A stretch of DNA of 64,000 nt from Anaeramoeba ignava BMAN (Eukaryota; Protista; Anaeramoebae): assembly GCA_028826165.1 (NCBI GenBank), contig JAPDFW010000064.1, forward strand, positions 484,099 through 548,098, in the 5' to 3' direction. Positions 14,398-27,100 of the stretch are shown here, in pieces. The translations under genes were made by a program, and so were the position numbers. A model generated the notes under the pieces. That model searched no databases. It was not told the origin of the DNA and saw only the letters and a list, made by a program, of their open reading frames with translations. The stretch's first letter is position 1. The number at the start of each line of letters is the position of its first letter.

Positions 14398-14650
14398 TTT
14401 ATTTTTTTTATTTTTTTTTTATACTTTTTTTTTAAATTAAATTTAATTAACATTTATTAATAATTATTTTATTAAATTTAATTATAAATATTTATATTTT
14501 TATTTAAAATATTTTATTCCACTTTTTTTAAATATATTTTATTAATAATTATTTTATTAAATTTAATTATAAATATTTATATTTTTATTTAAATTATTTT
14601 ATTCCACTTTTTTTGATTATTTTTATTAATAATTATTTTATAAATAATCA

Positions 14651-15461
14651 ATGTCAAATTGTCAAAATGAAATCATCGAAAAGAAAATAAAAGATTTTTC
14701 TCAAAATATTTCTGATCCATTTTTCTTTTTAATTCAAAAAATGATCAACTCAAGATTCTTAAATGATGAAGAAGAAAAAGAAAGAAGAAAAATTGAATTT
14801 AGAAGAAAAGCAGATCAAGAAAGAAAAAAAAGATTTTTCAATGAAAAAATAAGATTGTTTGGAATTGATAAAAAAGGAATTGAAGTGCAAAAAAAAGAAA
14901 AAGAAAAAGAAAGAAAAGAAGAAGAAAAAGAAAAAAAGTAAAAATGGAATAAAAAAAAAGTGGAATTTTTCATTTTGTTTTTTTTTGTTTTGATAGAAAA
15001 ATGGAAAAAGAAATTTTAAAACATCAAGAAGTTTTAAAAAAAAAAGAAGAGGAAATGTCAAATGTCAAAAAAATAATTGCTTTACAAATTCAAAATGAAA
15101 ATAAACAAAAAAGATTGAATGTCAAAAATGATAAAGAAAATCAAGTTGAACATATTGGACTTGTTTCAAAAGGAGTTTTAATAGGAGAATCACAATCAAA
15201 ACCTACAAGATTAGATTTTAGAGGATTAAATTATGAAGAAAAAAATCAAATTTCAAGTCAAAATTCTCAATTAATTGAAAAACAAAAAGAAAAAAAGCAA
15301 AAATTAATTCAAAAAAGAAAAATAATTCCACTTTTAAATCAAGAAAAATTTTTGATTGAAAAGAAAAGAAAATATTCAAGATTTAATAACAAAAATAAAA
15401 GAAAAAAAGTAAAATAATTGAAGAAGAATTCTTTGATTATTTTCAAAATTCTTCAAGATAA
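14651..15461 (+). CDS. RIB43A: RIB43A-family axonemal microtubule inner protein; intron 14938-14996; probable missing A at 15402-15408
   Basis: IEFRRKADQERKKRFFNEKIRLFGID resembles the RIB43A N-motif (RRRxxEEERKxRIFNARxRxIGVD). RLDFRGLNYEE resembles the DRWKGM repeat. The -1 frame ends EEFFDYFQNSSR*, like the family C-terminus YFxQFNTSSR. The GT-AG intron keeps frame. Confidence 0.7.
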
Positions 15462-15590
15462 AATAAAACAAACAAACAAATTACGTCATTTATAGTCATT
15501 TTTATTTAATTTTAATTTAATTAAATAAAAAAATTTTTTTTTTCTTTCATTTTTTCATTTTTTCATTTCCAAATCATTTTTAAATTTCAA

Positions 15591-16856
15591 ATGGAAATTA
15601 TTCTTGATAATTCTTCAATTTCAAATTCACTTTTTATCTTTTCCAAATTGCATCCAAAACCAAATTTTACTTTTCGAAAAGAAATAGAAGAAAAACCAAC
15701 AATTTTACCTGCAATCAAATTGAATGACAAAGAGACAATAGAAGGAATAACAACAACAGCAAAATATTTAGCAAAAACAATGAATAAAAAAGCAATCAAC
15801 CAATTTTTTTTTGAAAATAATAAAGAAAATTCTGCTCAAGTTGAACAATGGATTTCATTTGCGAATTCATTTGAAGAAGAAAAAGCAATTGATTCCAAAA
15901 GAATTATTCGCCAACTTAACAATGTTTTGGAGGATCGAGTGTTTTTTGTTGGAAATCAATTTAGTTTTGCGGATATTATTATGTTTTCTACGTTGTATTC
16001 AACAATTAAAGATATTCCAGTTGAAGATTATAGAGGATTTTCTAATTTGATTAGATGGTTTGATAATATTCAACATTTGCCGGAGATTTCAAGTATTAGT
16101 GATTCACCATTTAGTATGATTCCAATTTCAACATTTGTACCTTATCATATTAATTCCAAGAAAGCAAAACCAAATGAAAATGAAAATTTGAATAAAAAAT
16201 TAAATGAAAATCAAAATCAAAATCAAAATCAAAATCAAAATCAAAAAAAAGGAAAACCTTCTCAAGAAGAAATTCAGAAAAGAAGAGAAATGAAAAAACA
16301 ACAAAAAAAGGAAAAAAAAGAAAAAAATCAACCAACTGAACCCGAACAAGATACAACTCCAATAACAAACCACATCAATCTTCAAGTTGGTATTATTCGG
16401 GAAATAAAACCTCATGAAAAAGCAGACACATTATATATTGAAGAAATTGATGTTGGAGAAAAAACAACAAGAACTATTGTGAGTGGAATTCGACCATTTT
16501 ATACAGTTGATCAATTATTGAATCAAAAAGTTGTTGTTATTACTAATTTGAAACCTGCAAAACTTCGAGGTGTTTTGAGTTCGGGAATGCTTCTTGCTGC
16601 TTCAAATCCCGACCATACAAAGGTTGAAATTGTTTCTCCTCCTGAATCAAGTGAAATTGGAGAAAGAATTTGTTTGGGTGAAAAAATTGAAGGTCAACCT
16701 GATAGAGTTTTAAATCCAAAAAAGAAATATTGGGAAACTGTTCAAATGGATTTAAAAACTAAAGATGATTTGGTTGCTTATTATAAAGATTTTCCTTTAA
16801 AAACAAAATCAGGGAATTGTGTTGTTAAATCATTGAAGGGAGCTAAAATCAAATAA
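15591..16856 (+). CDS. ARC1: Aminoacyl-tRNA synthetase cofactor Arc1p/AIMP1-like (GST-like N-domain plus EMAPII tRNA-binding OB domain)
   Basis: AQVEQWISFA, FFVGNQFSFADI, NLIRWFDNIQ; then LQVGII...HEKADTLYIEEIDVGEKTTRTIVSG...NLKPAKLRGVLSSGMLLAA...LNPKKKYWE. Confidence 0.9.
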   Translation: MEIILDNSSISNSLFIFSKLHPKPNFTFRKEIEEKPTILPAIKLNDKETIEGITTTAKYLAKTMNKKAINQFFFENNKENSAQVEQWISFANSFEEEKAIDSKRIIRQLNNVLEDRVFFVGNQFSFADIIMFSTLYSTIKDIPVEDYRGFSNLIRWFDNIQHLPEISSISDSPFSMIPISTFVPYHINSKKAKPNENENLNKKLNENQNQNQNQNQNQKKGKPSQEEIQKRREMKKQQKKEKKEKNQPTEPEQDTTPITNHINLQVGIIREIKPHEKADTLYIEEIDVGEKTTRTIVSGIRPFYTVDQLLNQKVVVITNLKPAKLRGVLSSGMLLAASNPDHTKVEIVSPPESSEIGERICLGEKIEGQPDRVLNPKKKYWETVQMDLKTKDDLVAYYKDFPLKTKSGNCVVKSLKGAKIK

Positions 16857-17026
16857 AGATTAAATTAAATCAAAAATCAAAATTAAATCAAAAATCAAAA
16901 TTAAAATTAAAAATCAAAATTAAATCAAAAATCAAAATTAAATCAAAATCAAATCAAACTCAATAAATTTTCTTCTTTTCTTCTTTTATTTCTCTTTCCA
17001 TTTTTTAATCTCCAAAAAAAAAAAAA

Positions 17027-20000
17027 TTAATTTTTCTTTAATAAATCTTTTTCAAAATTCTTCTTTAATTCTTTAAAAAATTGAACTGCATCATTAAGTG
17101 GAACTTTAGCATCTTTAATCATATTAAGATAAGACCAAAAACCATGAGGAAGTGAATAAACTCTTAAAGAAACAGGAGAAAAAGATTTTTTTAAACGATT
17201 TGCAAACAAAACAGAATCATCAAGTAAAGGATCCATAATTCCAGCTTGAATAACGGTTTTTGGAAATTGGGATAAAATTTGATCAGAAGCAAAAAGTGGA
17301 GATAAAAAAATCTCTTTTTTAGGATCAAAACCATTGGAATCTGGATTGTAACTTTGAAGACAGACTTTAAGAAGTCCATAAGAAAAAAAGGGATCGCAAT
17401 TAAAAAGTGCTCTTGAAAGAGTGTGATCAAAAGAGATATTGAGAGCTGGATATCCCAACAAAACACCCAGTGGAGGAACTAATCCATCTTCCAAAATTTT
17501 GCAACACACTGCAGCAGCTAAATTCCCACCTGCAGAATCCCCAGCTAGTATTATTCTCGGAGTATTTGAATCGACTAATCCGAGTAGTGATCCATTTTCC
17601 AAAATCCATTTGTATGCTTCGTAGCATTCTTCAAATGGTTGAGGATAAGTGACTTCAGGTGGATTTGTGTAGTCAACACTCATAACAGGTATTCCTGTTT
17701 GCTTTGTCCATATTCGAAGCATTGGGGAATGAGAAAATGATGTTTGTGCTACAAAACCTCCTCCATGGAAATGAAGAATAATACAATCAAATTTAATTAG
17801 TTTTTTTTCTTTTTTTTCTTGTGATTTTAAATAATTTTCTAGTTCTTCTTTTTTGCTCATGTTTTTTAATTGTTTCTTCACCATTTTCAGTCGTGCTTTT
17901 GTGTCTGAAATGTATCTTATTGGGATTGAATTCGAATATTTTTTGAATGAAATGAATTGTTCTTTTTCTTTTTCTTTTTTAAATGGAATATAAAATCGGA
18001 AATCATGTTTGATACTTTCAACTGGATGAAATGAAAACCAACGAAGTGGTCTTTTTTCTGTGAGATTCCAAACTGCTCGAATCAGTTTTACATTAATATT
18101 TCCTTCTTTTTTGATAATTGCACATTTTTTTGCACTTGCTTTTTTTTTGAGAAAATATTTTCCAAATCCATATCCAAATGATAATTTTTTTGTGAATGCA
18201 TTCTTTTTATATGAATTTCCGCATGCTGCATATGATGCATTGATTTTTTTAGACATTTTTCTCATTTCTTTGTTGAATTCAAATATAAAGTAATTTTTTT
18301 TGGGTTCATAAATTTGGTTTATAAATTGTTGATATTTTTCAGGTGGATTTTCTCCATCAAATAAGATTTGTGTAAGAATTTTTTCTTGATTGAATAAAAC
18401 ATAATTTCTTTTATTTTCATAATCATTTTGAATATCTAAATTTAAATTTGAATCAGAATCTAAATCTAATTCATTTTCAATTTCATTTTGATTTTCAATT
18501 TGATTTTCATTTTGATTTTGATTTTCATTTTGATTTTCATTTTGATTTTGATTTTCATTTTCAATTTGATTTTCATTTTCAATTTGATTTTGATTTTGAT
18601 TTTGATTTTGATTTTGATTTTGATTTTGATTTTCATTTTCAATTTGATTTTGATTTTGATTTTGATTTTGATTTTGATTTTGATTTTGATTTTGATTTTG
18701 ATTTTGATTTTGATTTTGATTTTCATTTTCATTTTCGATTTTGATTTTCATTTTGATTTTGATTTTGATTTTGGTTTTGGTTTTGGTTTTGGTTTTGGTT
18801 TTGGTTTTGATTTTGATTTTGATTTTGATTTTGATTTTGATTTTGATTTTGATTTTGATTTTGATTTTGATTTTGATTTTGATTTTGATTTTGATTTTCA
18901 TTTTGATTTTCATTTTCATTTTCATTTTGATTTTCATTTTGATTTTGATTTTGATTTTGGTTTTGGTTTTGGTTTTGGTTTTGATTTTGATTTTCATTTT
19001 GATTTTCATTTTGATTTTGATTTTGATTTTGATTTTGATTTTGATTTTGATTTTGATTTTGATTTTGATTTTGATTTTGATTTTGATTTTCATTTTGATT
19101 TTGATTTTCATTTTGATTTTGATTTTGATTTTGATTTTCATTTTGATTTTGATTTTCATTTTCATTTTCATTTTGATTTTGATTTTGATTTTGATTTTGA
19201 TTTTGATTTTGATTTTGATTTTGATTTTGATTTTGATTTTGATTTTGATTTTGATTTTGATTTTGATTTTGATTTTGATTTTGATTTTGATTTTGATTTT
19301 GATTTTGATTTTGATTTTGATTTTGATTTTGATTTTGATTTTGATTTTGGTTTTGATTTTGATTTTCATTTTCATTTTGATTTTGATTTTGATTTTGATT
19401 TTCATTTTCAATTTGATTTTGATTTTGATTTTGATTTTGATTTTGATTTTGATTTTGATTTTGATTTTGATTTTCATTTTGGTTTTGATTTTGTTTGATT
19501 TTGATTTTGATTTTGATTTTCATTTTTTTCATCATTAATTTCAAGTGAAATTTCAGCATTTTCATTTTGTTCTTTTTTTTCTTCTATTTCTGGAATTTCA
19601 GCATTAACAAGATATGGAGCATAATTAATAATAGCAATTAAATTTGTTAACATACCAAAAATAGCATCTGTTTTACTAATGATATTTAAATTCAATTTCC
19701 ATTTTAATAGAATATTAAATAATTCAATTAAAATATCTGAAATAACAAAATTCAAAGCATATAAATTAAATTGAGGAAAAAATTGATTGATAGAAAGATT
19801 TTTAGATGTTTGGTTATCATTTTGAATATCTAAATTTAAATTTGAATCAGAATCTAAATCTAAATCTAATTCATTTTGATTTTGATTTTCATTTTCATTT
19901 TCATTTTCATTTTCATTTTCATTTTCAGTTTCAGTTTCAGTTTCAGTTTCATTTTCATTTTCATTTTCATTTTCATTTTCATTTTCAGTTTCATTTTCAT

Positions 20001-20817
20001 TTTCATTTTCATTTTCATTTTCATTTTCATTTTGATTTTCATTTTCATTTTCAATTTGATTTTCATTTTGATTTTCATTTTCATTTTCATTTTCATTTTC
20101 ATTTTGAATTTGATTTTGATTTTGATTTTCATTTTGATTTTCATTTTGATTTTCATTTTGATTTTCATTTTGATTTTCATTTTCATTTTGATTTTGATTT
20201 TCATTTTCAATTTGATTTTCATTTTCATTTCATTTTGATTTTGATTTTCATTTTCATTTTCATTTTGATTTTCATTTTCATTTTCATTTTCATTTTGAAT
20301 TTTGATTTTGATTTTCATTTTCAATTTCATTTTGATTTTGATTTTGATTTTCATTTTCATTTTCATTTTGATTTTGATTTTGATTTTGATTTTCATTTTG
20401 ATTTTCATTTTGATTTTCAATTTGATTTTGATTTTGATTTGATTTTTGATTTTGATTTTGATTTTGTTTTTCATGAACTTCTTTTTCAAGATTTCTCTTT
20501 TTTGAATGAATACAATATTCTTCTAAAGTAAATAAAATTTTTTGATCAATATCAATTTCTTGATTTATCAAATTAAATTTATCTTTAATTGTATTCAACA
20601 TTTCCGAAATATTATTTAAACGATTAACCACATTTGCAAAATTTTTTTCTTTAATTTTTTTCTTCTTTAATTGAAAAAAATTTTTCTTATTTGATAATAG
20701 ATCATTTACTTCTTGAAAAAGATTTAAAATGACTTGAGTTGAAATTTTTTCAAAATTAACAGATTGAGTAATTTCTAATTGATTATAATGAGTTTTAAGT
20801 TGATTTTTCAAATTCAT
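17027..20817 (-). CDS. Hormone-sensitive lipase-like alpha/beta hydrolase with two long NQ/NE insertions; several indels in the repeats
   Basis: HFHGGGFVAQ, GDSAGGNL, DPLLDD, HGF, and the HSL N-domain-like AVWNLTE. ORFs 20290-20817, 19474-19755 and 17027-19477 join through the repeats. Confidence 0.85.
18475..19520 (-). repeat. ~1-kb (AATCAA/AATGAA)n coding microsatellite (NQ/NE)
   Basis: Directly visible. Confidence 0.95.
19870..20470 (-). repeat. ~0.6-kb (AATGAA/AATCAA)n coding microsatellite (NE/NQ)
   Basis: Directly visible. Confidence 0.95.
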
Positions 20818-20859
20818 TTTTGGTTTTTTTTCTGATTTATTTATTAAAGGGGTGTATAA

Positions 20860-20987
20860 ATTATTTTCTAATTTATTTTCTAAATGATTTTCTAAATTAT
20901 TTTCTAAATTATTTTCTAATTTATTTTCTAATTGATTTTCTAATTGATTTTCTAAATTGATTTTCTAATTGATTTTCTAATTGATTT
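20860..20987. repeat. ~12-nt tandem repeat (TTTTCTAATTGA variants) in the divergent lipase/UBR4 intergenic region
   Basis: About 10 degenerate copies. Confidence 0.85.
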
Positions 20988-21068
20988 GACATTAAAAAAA
21001 AGAAAAAAAAAATGAAAAAAAAAATTATTTTTCATTTTTCATTTTTCATTTTTCATTTTTTTTTTAAA

Positions 21069-21083
21069 ATGCAAAATAAAAAA

Positions 21084-21114
<31 letters not shown>

Positions 21115-24100
21115 TTGACCAAGATATCTTTTCTCTTCTCTTCTCAAATAATCATTCTATTTCTTCACATTCACATTCAGCTCTTATAAATGAGCTTATT
21201 TTTGAAACTAAAAATCCAAATCCACAAAAATCAATAAACAAAACATCCATTTGGAAATCAACCATTGAAACCCTTATTAAATCTCTCAAAGACAAAGATT
21301 CTCAAAGCCAATCCTATTTTAAAACACTTGAATATCTTCGTATTTTATACTACATTATTAGAACTTCTCATACAGTTTTTATTGAGGAAGAACAACAAGA
21401 AAATACAAACGAAAACATACCACAAAATGAGAACAATTTTAAAAACACAGATTTATTATTAAATGTCACTCAATCACTTCCTGATTTGCTTAATTTTTTT
21501 AATTCGGATTCTTTTTTCACAGAACATTCTGTCAACAAAAAATCAATGCAGAATCAGCTTTTAATAATCCGTTTCTTTCTCAAATTAATCCGTTTAAATG
21601 ATCTTAATCGCTTCTTTGTTTCAAGTTCTTTTGGATCTATTCTTGTTGGCTCAATTCATGAAATACTAAATTTATTAGTTTCAAATGAGAATCAAAATTT
21701 TAATCAAAAGATACAACAAGAAGAACAACAAAAACAAGGTTCTCTTTTAAAAATCAAGCCGAGAATCGAGCATGTTGATCTTTTCCCATTTTTTGATAAA
21801 AATTTCTTATCCAAATATGGAATCAAACAAGTCTTGGAGGAACCATATTTCCCTTTTTTAGAAACATGTTTTCAAATTATTTTTCATTTTGAAAAAATGA
21901 AGAGTACATGTATTAAGGATTGTGATAATTTGAAGGAGTTATTATCTTTGGAAAGTATGGGAGTTTAAGATTAATATTCAAACTAAAATCAATTTTATTT
22001 CATTTTTATTTCAATTTTGTTTTGTTTTGTTTTGTTTTTTAGAATGGTCGAATATACTTTGTATTTTAATAGATAATAATCAAATTAAGAAAATTCATCC
22101 TTTGCTCAAAAACATCTTGCTCAAACTTGCTGATAACGATAAACAAAAGCACTATTTAATAAGAGACACATTTCTCATTTCTCGCGAATTCGAAAATATT
22201 CAACTCAATTCTTCAAACATCCAAAAATCGAAAAATTTAGTTCCTTATGAATATTACGAGAAAATTGCTATTAATTTAATCAATTTAAGAAACATTGTCT
22301 CAATCCGTCCTCAAAATTGGATCAAATTTTGCATTGAAAATAGTCAAACAATTCCAACAATATTCCGCTTGGCTTTTCTGCTTCCAATCGAAAAGCACAA
22401 GATAATTTGTTTGCAATTATTAACATTTGCGTTTAGTCATTTCAAAAAGGAAAACGATATGAATTTATTGAAAACAGACTTCTTTTTTGCAAATCAAAAC
22501 CAAAATTTGCAACATTTAATATCCGTCTTATTGATTCAAGAAGACAACAAAGAAATTCGAGCGCAATCAAAACAATTCCTGTTTGCGTTGTATTCTGTCC
22601 TCGAACCAAAATCAAAGTTGAAAACACAAATTTTTAAACTAGTTTGGGAAAATTTACTTTTGGCGAGTAAAAATGGCAAAAAAGGCAATCAATTCATGCT
22701 TCTTTTGATTGATTTGATCAATGAATTTGAAAAGGAAAACAAAGACAATTCAAATCCACAGATACAAAGCGATCGAGAATATTTTGTTGAGAAAATCAAG
22801 AACGCACTAAAATCGCAAAATGTGAATTTAATCAAGCATCCAAATTCTCATATTTATCAATTTTTACAGAAAAACATTAATTTTGGAGGGTTTTATTTTG
22901 AAGAGGAGCCGTGTTTTATTTGCAACAACCCAGATTCCCAAATAGAATCTTGCGATATTGAGGATCTTGTTGAGGAAATCAAATACACAGATTCAGCCAT
23001 TTATATTAAATTTTCAAAGGCATTTTCAATTGAGAAACTCAGAGTGGATTTTGTGGAAATTTCCAAAAAAAAACAGGTTCGGTTGATCAACTTCTATTAT
23101 TGCAATAAAAATGTTGGAAACATTGGCAATTTGAAAAATAAATGGGAATTGTGGAAAAAGGTTCGTTCTTTGGAATTGGAAAGATATCAATCACAAGCAG
23201 TAATTGAACTACCCATTCCGATAGTAGCATCAAATTTCTTGGTTGAATTTGCCGAATTTTATCAAAAACCATATGGATTTGTTGAGAAGGTAGAAAGAGA
23301 ATTAAAAATATTATTTTTGGATTGATTATTTTCTTAAAAAAAATTTTTTTCTTCTTTATATTATAAAACAAAAAAAAGTTGATTTGTCCAAGATGTCAAG
23401 TGGAAGTTCACGATAGATTTGGAGTTTGTTCGCAATGCTCTGATAATGCGTATCAATGCAGACAATGCAGAAATATTAACTATGAAAATTTGGATGGATT
23501 TCTCTGCAATGAATGTGGATATTGTCGATATGGAAAATTTCATTTTAAAGTTGACGGCAAAAAAACGGTTGCAATTGAACCTGTTGAAAATGATGAGGAT
23601 CTTGATTCCTCGATGAAGACAATAGACAAGATATCTGAGGAATCGCTCAATTTATTCAGGGACAATGAGTCCAAAAAAAAGAAGATCATTGACTTGATCA
23701 CAAAATTGCAATTTGGATTTGATCGCAATAAGGAATCATTCGACGAGGATGATTTAGTGAACTCAAATATCATGAAAATGGCAACAATATATAATACCGA
23801 GAGTCGGAATATTTTCCAGAAAATGGTTGAGAACACAAAGAAAATTTTATTAATCGGAAAAACAATAACTCAGTATTTGAATTTGAGCGAAAGAAAAAAC
23901 TACCAGCAAGAAGAAGAGACGCTCAAGATGATCAAAAGCAAGGAAATCAAAACGAACAAATGCTATGGATGCGCCGAAAATTTTATCACAATGCTGATTA
24001 AATTGATTGAGAGTATTTCGAATTATCCAAGTTATTCTCAGATTTTCTTCCAAAAGGGAATCCTGATGGAACTACTCCAATTCAATACTCGGCATGGATC

Positions 24101-27100
24101 TGTTGAATCCAACGAGATTACACACGGCATCTTCTCCAAGATTATTGAGCACAACAGAGAGGCTCACGACGAGTTTCTGAATCACTTGATGCTTCGATTT
24201 GAATCATCACTTTTGAAATTCCAATCTTTTGAATCGCAAGTGTCTGTTTGCCAGGACATCAAGCTATTAGAAAAAATCTCGAACCAAAAAAGCGTTCCTG
24301 AACTGGAAGTTGCGCGGATCAGATTTGTTCAGCAGGCATTGAACCAGATTGTCGCACAGCCTGAACTGAATAACCCTTTTATCAGTGAATTTGTGATTCT
24401 TCCGTTTGTGAAAATTATCCAAACAAGTCATTTTCTGCAAATTGATAACAAAACATATCTTCTCCGCAAATATCTCACAAGATGGTTTTCCAAATCAAAG
24501 CAGAATTACAAACTATTAAATCCGATCCATTTGTTTTTGAATCCGCAGTTTTTGAAAAGATTGATATTCAATCCGTGGTCGCACAATATCCGACTTGAAA
24601 CGGCCAAAATTTTGCGGAAAATTTCGACAATCAACCCCAAATTATTCGATAAAGTATGCGGCGTGTTGGTTTCCGTGATGAGGAAATCCTTGAAAGCCGC
24701 GGATTGTTCGAAAGAATATTTCTCGATATTGAAGAGAATTTATCTCAAAAAGGAAACCAAATACAAACTTGTTATCAAAGGATTTTTATCGCAAATCACA
24801 GAGTTGATCATGAAGGAGATTGAGCGCATTTCCGTTTTGGAGCAGGAAAGCGCAATGAACAAGATCTCAGAAGGACTTGTTCTCGCCACCTTGATTGATA
24901 TTCTCCAGGAATTTTTGAACGACGAGTACATCATTGAGAAATTCAAGCGGGACAAGCACATGCAAAGTGTTCTCCAAGGATTTCTACTTTTGAGAGGATT
25001 GGTTCTCCAGAAGAACAAACTGACAAATCTGAGCTCGAAAAAATTATCCGCAATTTTTGAGAAGTTGCGAACTCAGGACGAAAAAAGTTTGGAGCTTTTT
25101 ATTGAGTCTTGTATGAACGGAATTGCAAAACATCAAAACGCAAGAGCTTCGAAATTCATAATTGAGCAAATCACGGGAATAATTGCACCTGTTAAGAAGA
25201 AGAAAATATACAAAATGGAGCTTATCAAGACACCTTCACAGGAAGAATTTATCCGCGGATCGATGACACATAACCCGTATACAACGGAGGAAGTAGGCCC
25301 GTTGATGCGGGACGTGAAGAACAGAATATGCACAGAGCTGGAGCTTCTTGGATTAATTGAAGATGATAACGGAATGGAGTTGCTTGTTGACGATAAAATC
25401 ATCAAACTTCATCTTCCTGTTTCTCAAGTTTTCAACAAGATTTGGAAAACTTCGATCCAAAAAGAAAGAATACAAAACGAGATTGATATTGATAACGATA
25501 ATGACAACGATATCGAAAATGATAATGAGAATGATAATGATATCGAGAATTCTGCAAATCCTTTTGAGGACAATTTAATGATAAATTCAATCACTCGTGA
25601 ATTGCATCAATTTGAGAGATTGCTTGAAAATAACGAAAATCAAGACATCCTCAGTTCTTTCGGCATACAAAAAAAACCCGCTAATGAAGACTCCATCCCG
25701 CCAATGATTGTTGTCTATCGGTTGCAAGGTCTCGATGGAGAAGCAACAGAGCCGATTGTCGATTCACTTCCAAATGAGGATGAAAATGAAGAGAAAAATA
25801 ATGATTTGATCAATTTGGATGATTTCGAAAATCAAGATTCAAAAGACAAAGAAAAGCACAAGCAATTCTCCATTTTGAAAGCATTGGGGAAATGCGGAGG
25901 GATCGAAACACTCTCGGATATGATCAAAAACATTAGCGAATCGCGAATTGACAAGGAATTACTCAACAAGACTTGCGAGCTTCTTATTCACTCAGCAAGA
26001 ATCAAATCAAATCGGCACAAAATGATCGAGCTCGGATTGCATGCGATCATCCTCGAGGCAATCAAGAAGGTTTTCAAAGACCCTTCGTTGTCAGATGTTC
26101 TCAACAATTTCTTGGTTCTTATCGAGAAAATTTTTGGGGAAATCAACTTCATTGTGCGCGAGCTTGGCACAGAAAAATCAAACACTGAAACTCCCAATGA
26201 AGAATATCAAAAAATATTCAACATTATGAAAAAAACATCTGATAAGGATATCAACGAAAAAATCGCAATGTTTTTGGAAATGCTCCAAATGCCGTTAATT
26301 TCAAAGGATCCAAAACTCGCGCAAATTATTTCTCGGATCTTGCCTTTTCTTGCATACAACCGAAAAGGATGCCATGGAGCTTCTTGCAGATAAATTTGTT
26401 CCTTTCCTCGATTTCTCGGCGTTTGACAAACAGGAAAAAGAAGACAATCTGGCAAAATCAATGATTACAAATTTCCAGTATTTTTCAGAAGGGATTTTAC
26501 TTAATGACGAATCTGGAGAAAGAATGAAGAACGTGATTATTGAAAAGGGGATCGTGCAAAAATGCGTGGAGTATTTGCTTGAATCATTCCCAAGCGAAAA
26601 GAGGAAAGAATCGCAAGAATGGAAGAATTCATCAAACAAAAGATCGATTCCATATATTTTGCAAATATTGATGGGATTGAGCAAAAAACACTACAACACG
26701 CAGCAGGAGGTTCTGAAACTCAAGCTGATTCCTGTTCTGGTCGAACTTGAGAAGATGGTTACCAAAACAAACATAGGGACTTTGTCTGAGAATTTGCTTG
26801 ATTCGTGTTCCGATGGAAATGTGGAAATACAAATTTTTGTGAATGATATTCGGAACCAAATCAAGTCTGAACAGAAGAAAAAGGCGATGGAAAAACGAGC
26901 CAAAATGCTCGAAGAAATGGGGTTCAAAGCGGTTCCAGCAAAGAACCCTAACGAGGAGAAGAAAAACATGAGCAAAATCATCTCCGAAAACGTTCCGTCT
27001 CAGTTTTTGCAAATACAAGAAGAAAAGGGTCTTAAATGTGGGATTTGCCAAGAAGGGAAAACATTCCAGCCAGAGGAAGTTTTATGTTTCTACATCTACT

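Larger units (their letters stand above)
11845..14640. repeat. ~85-bp AT-rich minisatellite (core ATTCCACTTTTT), ~25 copies in three blocks separated by two tRNA cassettes
   Basis: The CCAC core recurs at ~11854, 11940, 12026, then 12552-14053 about every 85 bp, then 14519 and 14604. Confidence 0.95.

Noticed and set aside
11845-14640. CRISPR-like appearance of the regularly spaced ATTCCACTTTTT motif
   Set aside because: The intervening sequences are near-identical rather than unique spacers, there are no cas genes, and the context is eukaryotic. It is a minisatellite.
18729-20300. AAA-TGA at frameshift ends resembling Euplotes-type +1 programmed frameshifting
   Set aside because: It arises automatically from reading the AATGAA repeat out of frame. 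The frameshifts in non-repeat regions lack a stop directly after AAA.
18448-20531. Long ORFs of poly-IK, poly-IL, poly-FD and poly-FH (also near 4965, 10407, 43395-44934, 47461, 48352, 54337, 56567)
   Set aside because: They are alternative-frame or antisense readings of stop-free microsatellites.
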